From Octopus sinensis (taxonomy: Eukaryota), in contig NW_021827320.1 in NCBI RefSeq assembly GCF_006345805.1, positions 1-10,587 of the forward strand: DNA of 10,587 nucleotides. The letters run 5' to 3'. A program made the translations under genes and the position numbers. This document shows, one piece after another, positions 1-6,728 of the stretch. The notes beneath the pieces are model-generated. The model saw nothing but the letters and a program-made list of their open reading frames with translations. It had not been told where the DNA came from and searched no databases. The stretch's first letter is position 1; each line of letters begins with the position of its first letter.

Positions 1-239
1 TTAAGAGGTATGACCTCTAAAGTGGACCCTAATATGCTACACATAGACGTCAAATCGTCATTACCAACGAAGAATGTGTTCTCAAGAAAAATATTTCGTA
101 TATTTTCCTTTGTCTTGCTCATTTTTACATTTTGGAGTTTTTTTGAGATTTTTCTTGTGAACACATTCTTCGTGGTAATGACGATTTGACGTCTATGTTT
201 AGCATATTAGGTGTCCACTTTAGTGGTCATTCCTCTTAA
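1..239. mobile_element. MITE / non-autonomous DNA transposon with ~92-bp terminal inverted repeats and TTAA ends
   Basis: 1-92 is the reverse complement of 148-239 (4 substitutions, 2 single-base indels by hand alignment), with a 55-bp spacer. Both ends read TTAA-GAGG. The left flank lies outside the window. Confidence 0.85.
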
Positions 240-265
240 TTTTGTATTTATTCAAAGTAAAAGTA

Positions 266-414
266 GGCGCAGGAGTGGCTGTGTGGTAAGTAGCTAAGTT
301 ACCAACCACATGATTCCCGGGTTCAATCCCACTGCGTGGTACCTTGGGCAAGTGTCTTATACGACCAAAGCCTTATGAGTGGATTTGGTACACGGAAACT
401 GAAAGAAGTCCGTC

Positions 415-472
<58 letters not shown>

Positions 473-660
473 TTTGTCTCCCACCATAGCTTGACAACCG
501 ATGCTGGTGTGTTTGCGTCCCCGTAACTTAGCAGTTCGGTAAAAGTGACCGATAGAATAAGTACTAGGCTTACAAAGAATAAGTCCTGGGGTCGATTTGC
601 TCGACTAAAGGCGGTGCTCCAGCATGGCCGCACTTAAATGACTGAAACAAGTAAAGAGTA
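266..660 (+). mobile_element. tRNA-derived SINE, family A, near full length, with internal (TA)n(GT)n
   Basis: A box TGGCTGTGTGG 276-286 and B box GGTTCAATCCC 320-330. CORE-like 'accttgggcaagtgtctt' follows. Internal (TA)n/(GT)n at 418-472 and 3' tail 'gcatggccgca...tgactgaaacaagtaaagagta'. Homologous pieces recur at least 7 times in the window. Confidence 0.9.
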
Positions 661-848
661 TACAATACAGTACATTTTGCGATCTTCACCTATTGTGGAG
701 GCTTTTGGAACGTAATACCCGTGATAGTCGAGGAATTACTGTATAACGTATTAGGCTTGGTAATCAACGTTTAAATTTAATATGCACGTATAAAAATATC
801 AGGTCTCGGAGTGTTTCGTAATGCACCTGTATATCTGTATAAAATTTT

Positions 849-953
849 AACACACCTGTACAATTTCATGATACACCTGTATTCTTTCGCAACAAGCTTG
901 TTTAATTTCGTAACATACCTGTATGATTTGATGACATACCTGTATTATTCAAA
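849..953. repeat. Degenerate 21-bp tandem repeat (~5 units)
   Basis: Units start at 849, 870, 891, 912 and 933, consensus approx. RACAYACCTGTAYNATTTCRT. There is a related partial unit at 814-832. Confidence 0.75.
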
Positions 954-996
954 CATCAGTTATAATTTTCTGACACAGTAATGGAGATGTTGGGAC

Positions 997-1020
997 ACAC
1001 ACACGCACAACATATACACA

Positions 1021-1088
<68 letters not shown>

Positions 1089-1130
1089 ATATATATAGAT
1101 ATATATATAAAGAGAGAGAGAGATAGAGAG

Positions 1131-1161
<31 letters not shown>

Positions 1162-1165
1162 GATA
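997..1165. repeat. Compound microsatellite (CA)n-(CATA)n-(TA)n-(GA)n-(GATA)n
   Basis: Directly visible. Confidence 0.97.
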
Positions 1166-1292
1166 GAGGGTAAAGAATTATTAATTTAATAATTAATAAA
1201 TTTTATCAAGTAGTTCGGTAAAAACTTATACAAAAAGTTTTTTTATAATTATAAACATTATTAAGGGATTAGCAAAAGTTGCTTCACCACAT
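1166..1292 (-). mobile_element. Diverged 3'-end fragment of the same family as the hammerhead-bearing element at 3608-4122
   Basis: 'gagggtaaa..attaat..atcaagtagttcggta...ttataaacatta..aagggattagcaaaa..gcttcaccacat' aligns with the reverse complement of 3954-4077 ('gagggtaaaattaat..accaagtattcagta...ttatacatta..aagggcttagtaaaa..actttgccacat'). It abuts a microsatellite at the same end. Confidence 0.7.
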
Positions 1293-1293
1293 A

Positions 1294-1325
<32 letters not shown>

Positions 1326-1480
1326 CGACGAGCTTCTTTCAGTTTCCGTCTACCAAATTCACTCACAAGGCTTTGGTCGGCCAGAGGCTATAGTAGAAAA
1401 TACTTGCCCAAAGTGTCACGCAGTGGGATTGAACCTGGAACCATGTGGTTGGTTAGCAAGCTTACTTACCACACAGCCAC
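1326..1480 (-). mobile_element. SINE family A, 5' half (ends at the internal (TA)n, 1303-1325)
   Basis: Reverse complement reads gtggctgtgtggtaagtaagcttgctaaccaaccacatggttccaggttcaatccc...gaaagaagctcgtcg, matching 275-416. Confidence 0.9.
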
Positions 1481-1565
1481 ATAATACATACATTTAACAC
1501 ACACATATACTCAAACACACACACACACAAACACACATACACATACACAAACACACATGCACGCG
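1481..1565. repeat. Imperfect (CA)n-rich microsatellite
   Basis: Directly visible. Confidence 0.9.
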
Positions 1566-2065
1566 CAACAGACACGAACCAACAAGAAAGCTTTGTGAAT
1601 GAACTGCTTTCGTGTTCACACTGGAAACGGCATACAAACGAAATCCACCAAAAGAAGTCGTGAATGGCAACGAGAGGATTTTGACAAAGTTAGCTGATTG
1701 ATTGACAGATCGAACGATTAATTTAACAACTGATGAGTTCATTAGTTAAGTGGCTAATCAATTGACAAATAAAAATAAAGAAGAAAAAGGGAACCAGTGC
1801 GTGTATGTGTTTTTTGCTGGCATAATAACCATTCCGAGTTTTAAAGAAATCTGTTTCACCTCAAGAATTTCGCATATCAAATCCAAAAAGAAAAAGAAAA
1901 TTAAGCTTTAACATTAATACAGTTATTTGATACATAAATAACAATCTTATAATTATATAAAATTAAGGATTTATTGGTTTTCTTAGTGCAGATGTACCCC
2001 TAAGGGTTTTTATGTACTTGCATTCCGCTCCCTGATACTAAAACGTTTCCTTATCTCTTATAAAG

Positions 2066-2189
2066 TAATGTGATACGTATGTCGGAAGTACTGTTCCACA
2101 GAGACCTCTGTCGCACTCAAGGCCTCCAAATGAAAGCTTTCGAGAACCGCCAGGAAGAGTGGCTGACGAAATTCAAGAGGGTTATGAGG
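2066..2189 (+). CDS. Weak candidate coding exon, product unknown (xNVIRMSEVLFHRDLCRTQGLQMKAFENRQEEWLTKFKRVMR)
   Basis: Branch-like TACTAA 2036-2041, pyrimidine tract ~2046-2059, AG at 2064-2065, and an in-frame stop (TAA 2061-2063) just upstream. The frame is open and GC-richer than the flanks, with possible donor AGG|GTTTGT at 2190. No homology recognised. Confidence 0.3.
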
Positions 2190-2196
2190 GTTTGTT

Positions 2197-2989
2197 TTTT
2201 TTTTGTACTTGTTTCAGTTATTGGATTGCGGCCATGCAAGGACACCGCCTTGAAGGGTTTAGTCAAACAAATCAACACCAGTACTAATGTTTAAGTCAGG
2301 TACTGCCGAAGTTTTTTTGTTTTTTTCATGCGCCCTTTTCAAGCTTAGCCAGGCTCATGGGCCCGGTTTCCCGGTTTCTGTGGCGTGTGTGTTCCCCAGC
2401 TGGACAAGATATTTCTATACGATGCCCCACCGATTCTGCCCATCCATTGCTTTAATCTAATCTGTCGTTATAAATAAAATAATAAATGTGCCCTTTTTAA
2501 AGCCTAGCCAGGCTCATGGGCCCAGTTTCCTGGTTTCTATGGCGCATGTGTTCCCCAGCTGGACGGGACACCAGTTCATCGCAGCGTTACTCAATTTTGC
2601 CAGCTGAGTGGACTGGAGCAACGTGAAATGAAGTGCTTTGCTCAAGAACACAACGCGTCGCCCGGTCCAGGAATCGAAACCACAATCTTACGATCATGAT
2701 ACTGACACCCTAACCACCAAGCCACGCGCCTCCACACTGCCGAAATTTACCGAGACGAAAACAAACCAACACAAGTTGTCAAGAGACGGTGCGAGGCAAA
2801 CACATACACGCACACATACACATACATACACACACATGTATAGGACGAGCTTTCACACTCTTTCCATCTACCTAGGTTCACTGACAAGGCATTTATTGGT
2901 CTGGTGTTATAGTAGAAGACACTGCTACTGCTCAAGGTACTGCGCGGTGGAATTGAAGCCGGAACCACGCGATTCTAAAGCAAATTCTC
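2197..2989 (-). mobile_element. Diverged SINE family A host copy, split by an insertion (parts 2745-2989 and 2197-2310)
   Basis: Head, body and (CA)n lie at 2745-2989, and the 3' tail (revcomp 'ggcggtgtccttgcatggccgcaatccaataactgaaacaagtac') at 2197-2300. The halves are colinear across the duplicated ACTGCCGAA. Confidence 0.8.
2311..2735 (-). mobile_element. Composite insertion: full-length SINE family B (2486-2735) + ~80-bp spacer + second 78-bp family B 3' end (2328-2405) + A-rich tail
   Basis: tRNA head (revcomp gtggaggcgcgtggcttggtggttagg...ggtttcgattcc). 2328-2405 duplicates 2486-2564. The 9-bp direct repeat ACTGCCGAA is at 2302-2310 and 2736-2744. The 'ctgcgatgaactggtgtcccgtccag...gaaaccaggaaac' segment resembles the Meta-type SINE domain (from memory). 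Confidence 0.85.
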
Positions 2990-3227
2990 CCTTTTGTTTT
3001 TGGGGGTTTTTTTCAGGAGGTTGAGCTATAGGATCCTTTCATACTTTCTGATCCTCCTTGGATCCCTGTCCGAAATACTCTCTCTTAGATCCCCGCCTTG
3101 ATTGGTCATACACGGTCTATTCTTAACATTTTATTTATCATTATTTTTTTTTTGCACCTCACCAATCTAGCAACAAAGTCGCGAAGTAGTCAGGAAATCC
3201 TTTAAGAAAATACAAAATAACTGCAAG

Positions 3228-3390
3228 CACCACCACCACCGCTACCATTATCACCACCACTGCTACTATCATCACCATCACCACCGCTACCACAACCCTC
3301 ATCATCACCACCATTATCTCCCCCACTACCATCACCACCGTTACCAGCATTGCCAGCATTACAACTACCACCACAACAACAATAACAAAA
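3228..3390. repeat. Cryptic trinucleotide repeat (CAC/CAT/CAA)n
   Basis: Directly visible. It explains the Val/Met-rich ORF 3159-3374(-). Confidence 0.92.
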
Positions 3391-3429
3391 CAGCTGAAAA
3401 CATTGCCAATGAATCAGTATCTATGCGGT

Positions 3430-3607
3430 CGATTAATTTGCTAGAAATAATAGCCAAATATCCATCAAATCAAATCCTTTCGCTTTAAAATAAAGGAAAA
3501 AAGAGGCCGTTTTGGATAACATATCTGTAGATAAACCTAAAGAAAGACTAGATGGCCAGATGGCCACGGATGTAATGCTTTCGATCATAGGTTTGCTCGA
3601 TCAGGAC
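3430..3607 (+). mobile_element. Interspersed repeat family D, truncated at its 3' end by (TA)n
   Basis: Shares 'tgctagaaatagcagc'-like and 'gatggccacggatgtaatgctttcgatcatagg' segments with ~7545-7705(+) and 9062-9135(-). The latter matches at about 25/40 positions ungapped by hand. Confidence 0.6.
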
Positions 3608-4087
3608 TATATATATATATAAAATTATATAAAAGGGCTTAGTAAAATAAATTACTTTGCCGCATACTGAACTCATTAGAAATAGCAGCTAAAAAAACTT
3701 TTTTAAAACTATTTCTAATACTTAAAGAATACTTAATCCAAACCAGGGAGTTCTGAGCTGATGATAGAAATGTCGACTTTGACTAATCTTGAAACGTACG
3801 TTCTCAAATAACCTTTGCACTTGATTTTTTAATGTCTCTACCCCCATATTTGCGTGAGTTGAATTGAGCAAACACTATATGAGAGAGGTTTTCTTTAAGT
3901 ATTAGAAATAGTTTTAAAAAAGTTTTTTTAGCTGCTATTTCTAATGAGTTCAGTATGTGGCAAAGTAATTTATTTTACTAAGCCCTTTTATATAATGTAT
4001 AATTTGAATTCGCCTTAAATGGTCCCTTTGCATACTGAATACTTGGTGAAATTGATTAATTAATTAATTTTACCCTCAATTGTTTAA

Positions 4088-4122
<35 letters not shown>
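3608..4122 (+). mobile_element. (TA)n-flanked non-coding element with hammerhead motif and 106-bp internal inversion (Penelope-like / retrozyme-like)
   Basis: (TA)7 at 3608-3621 and (TA)16 at 4091-4122. 3624-3729 is the reverse complement of 3891-3996 with 1 mismatch. The hammerhead core is at 3758-3802 and a relative is at 1166-1292. The PLE assignment is inference, as no RT or GIY-YIG ORF is present. Confidence 0.7.
3745..3816 (+). ncRNA. Type I hammerhead ribozyme motif (minimal, PLE-type, possibly impaired)
   Basis: Stem I TGAG(3754-57)/CTCA(3803-06); core CTGATGA 3758-64; stem II AGA/TCT plus GTC/GAC with a T.T first pair; GAAA 3791-94; stem III AC/GT closing a GTAC loop inside the palindrome AACGTACGTT; triplet GUU with predicted cut after 3802. 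Confidence 0.7.
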
Positions 4123-4123
<1 letters not shown>

Positions 4124-4254
4124 GACGGCCTTCTTTTCAGTTTCCGTCTACCAAATCCACTCACAAAGCTTTAGTCGGCCCAGGGTGCCACGCAGTGGGA
4201 CTGAACCCGGAACCATGTGATTGGGATGCAAGCTTCTTGCCACACAGCCACGCC
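4123..4254 (-). mobile_element. SINE family A, 5' half with internal deletion
   Basis: Matches 1326-1480 but lacks the 'gctatagtagaa..acttgccca' segment. It stops at its internal (TA)n. Confidence 0.88.
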
Positions 4255-4344
4255 TATGTATATACCTATACTTCGTTTTTGTATTTGGTTTGCAAGGTTC
4301 TTGCTGTGTCATGGGGGAGGGTCCTTACACAATGTGGATCTACG

Positions 4345-4545
4345 TATGTATGCGTGTGTGTCTTTGTGTTCGTAACCTCACTCGACGACCGGTGTTGGTT
4401 TGTTTACATCATCGCAGTTAGCGGTTCGGCAAAAAAGGAACAACAAAATAAGTACCAAGCTTAAGTATTGAGCCACATCTGCTCGACCAAACCATGGAAA
4501 TAGTGCTCAGACATGGCCGCAGTCCAGTGATTGAAAGAAAACAGT
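4345..4545 (+). mobile_element. SINE family A, diverged 3' half
   Basis: 'cgaccggtgttggtttgtttacatc...ttagcggttcggcaaaa...aataagtacc...catggccgcagtccagtgattgaaa' matches 490-650. Confidence 0.75.
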
Positions 4546-4679
4546 AAGATTATGGGATGTGATTTTAAGAATGATTAAGCTGCTATTTCTAGCATTTGGC
4601 AGCCATGTGGACGCTTTCCTGCAGCTTCAGTTGTGTGAAGGTTATAAAGCGGATTAACAACAAGTAGTGTAATGGATTC

Positions 4680-4892
4680 AAATTTTGGTTCAACGCCAAC
4701 AATTCTTTAGTGGGAGGGTGTTTGTGGCTGTAACTGACTCCAGTTCTTGACCGATGCTTATTTTATTAATTCTAGAAGGACCAAAAGAAAAGTTGACCTC
4801 AACGAGATTTGAGCTCAGAACATAAAGAGACAGGAGAAATGCTGTTAAACATTTTGTGTGACGTGCTAACGGTTCCGCCAGCTCACTGTCTT
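4680..4892 (-). mobile_element. Old diverged SINE family C copy
   Basis: 'aaagttgacctcaacgagatttgagctcagaac...gtgctaacggttccgccagctcactgtctt' matches 6390-6496. Confidence 0.7.
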
Positions 4893-4939
4893 ACCGATAA
4901 GTAATATAATAATAGTTCCGTCTATATAGACACAAGGTG

Positions 4940-5206
4940 AAGGCGGCGAGCTGGCAGAAACGTTAGCAAGTCGGGCGAAATGATTAGCAGTATTTCGTCT
5001 GCCGTTACGTTCTGAGTTCAAATTCCGCCGAACTCAGAACTTTCATCCTTTCGGGGTCGATTAAATAAGTACCGGTTACACACTGGGGTCGATATAATCG
5101 ACTTAATCCGTTTGTCTGTCCTTGTTTGTCCTCTCTGTGTTTAGCCCCTTGTGGGTAGTAAAGAAATAGGTATTTCGTCTGTCTTTACGCTCTGAGTTCA
5201 AATTCC
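4940..5206 (+). mobile_element. SINE family C (head + unit 1 + first 38 bp of unit 2)
   Basis: Head aaggcggcgagctggcagaaacgttagc, B-box-like GAGTTCAAATTCC at 5014-5026 and again at 5194-5206. Colinear with the reverse complement of 6091-6496. Confidence 0.9.
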
Positions 5207-5606
5207 ATAGGTACAAGGCCTGAAATTTGAGAGGGGGATTTGTCGATTACATCGACCCCAGTACTCAACTGGCACTTATTTTATCGACCCCGGAAAGGGT
5301 AAGAGGTAAAGTCGGCCTCGGCGGAATTTGAACTCAGAACGTAGCGACGGGCGTCCAGCGTGCCAACATTTCTTATTTCTTTCCTGCCCACAAGTGGCTA
5401 CACACAGAGGGGACAAACAAGGACAGACAAACGGATTAACTCGATTATATCGATATCAGTGCGTAACTGGTACTTATTTAACCGACCCCGAAAAGGTGAA
5501 AGGCAAAGTCGACCTCGGCGGAATTTGAACTCAGAACGTAACGGCAGACTAATTACCGCTAAGCATTTCGCCCGGCGTGCTAAAGTTTCTGCCAGCTCGC
5601 CACCTT
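5207..5606 (-). mobile_element. SINE family C, bipartite, fused tail-to-tail with the preceding copy
   Basis: Head at 5606-5560 is about 91% identical to 4940-5030 over 91 bp (hand count). The second unit ends 'ggccttgtacctat' at 5207. Confidence 0.9.
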
Positions 5607-5759
5607 GTCACACATGTCCATATGCAATGGAAAGCTTTTTCAATTTGGATGTTTTGCTTTAAATTATTGATCATTTTTCAAATTCGATTCCAGTCAGAAA
5701 CAATATAATTTCATTAACCTGAAAACAGAGCCTTTGTACAGAATCAAAACGAGATATGT

Positions 5760-6030
5760 GTTTAAGAAGTTCGCTTTGCAACTACGTGGATTAATGGTTC
5801 GGTCCCACTGTGCAGCACCTTGGGCAAGTGTCTTCATTTATAGATCCAGGCTGACAAATGCCTTGGGAGTGAATTTGATTTGGCAGACAGAGACTGTATA
5901 GAAGCCCTTCGTACATATGCGTCCGTGTGTTTGTGTTTGTCACTCCGCCCACCGTTTGGCAACCGGTTTGGTTTGTTTACATCCCCATAACATAGCAGTT
6001 TGGCAAAATGGACCGATAGAACACAAACCA
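5760..6030 (+). mobile_element. Older diverged SINE family A copy
   Basis: 'ggttcggtcccactgtgcagcaccttgggcaagtgtcttc...ggcaaccggtttggtttgtttacatcccc...ggaccgatagaa'. Confidence 0.8.
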
Positions 6031-6090
6031 GGTGTTCGAACTTTTTTGTTTTATATTTCTCCTTTTTTTCAGAAACAGCTTTGATATATT

Positions 6091-6496
6091 CTTTTCTACT
6101 CTAGGTACAAGGCCCGACATTTTTGGAGAGGGGGCCAATCGATTACATCGACTTCAGTACGCAACTGATACTTAATTTATCAACCTTAAAAGGATGAAAG
6201 GCAAAGTCGATTTCGGCGGAATTTGAACACAGAACGTAAAGACAGACGAAATACATACCTATTTCTTTATTACCCACAAGGGGCTAACCATAGAGGGGAC
6301 AAACAAGGACAGACATAGGTATTAAGTCGATTACATCGACCCCAGTGCGTAACTGGTACTTAATTTATCGACCCCGAAAGGATGAAAGGCAAAGTCGACT
6401 TCGGCGGAATTTGAACTCAGAACGTAAAGACAGACGAAATACATACCGCTAAGCATTTCGCCCGGCGTGCTAACGTTTTTGCCAGCTCGTCGCCTT
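6091..6496 (-). mobile_element. SINE family C, complete bipartite copy with probable TSD
   Basis: Head, then two units with a 188-bp period (ggaatttgaac at 6218 and 6406). Flanks CTTTGATATATT (6079-6090) and CTTTGAAATATT (6501-6512). Confidence 0.92.
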
Positions 6497-6728
6497 ATAT
6501 CTTTGAAATATTAGTGTACAGTCAATGTCGTTAAAGAGCGTAAAGAGCGTAAAGATGGAGAAGAAGTTAGCTGATATGGAGGATGGGAAGCCATCTGAAT
6601 AAATGGAAAAGAGTTACCTGTATCATGATGATTCTCCCGGATATCAAAGTGTCGGCATCATAGCTGCCTTTAAATGGTTTGTAAATATTCTAAAGGCTGT
6701 AAAACATGACATGGACACAGTGGAAGCT

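Noticed and set aside
266-340. tRNA gene suggested by A and B boxes (also at 2660-2735, 4940-5030 and 9694-9750)
   Set aside because: No complete cloverleaf, and each continues into a repeated SINE body. These are tRNA-derived SINE heads.
344-633. ORFs 344-526 and 373-633, and similar ones at 1279-1497, 2638-3024, 4195-4464, 5328-5662 and 9764-10438
   Set aside because: They lie within SINEs and microsatellites. The YI, VC, HT and SF runs are translations of simple repeats.
850-978. Open heptad-like frame (THLYNFM IHLYSFA...) and CRISPR-like periodicity in the 21-bp repeat
   Set aside because: There are no unique spacers and no cas genes, the context is eukaryotic, and a short open frame is expected in a repeat whose period is a multiple of 3.
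1730-1775. CTGATGA followed by a hairpin, as a second hammerhead
   Set aside because: No GAAA or stem III follows the hairpin.
3030-3170. Four GATCC motifs plus GC-box-like CCCCGCC next to ATTGG/CCAAT, as a promoter
   Set aside because: The motifs are short, with no CpG island or nearby gene start, and are compatible with chance.
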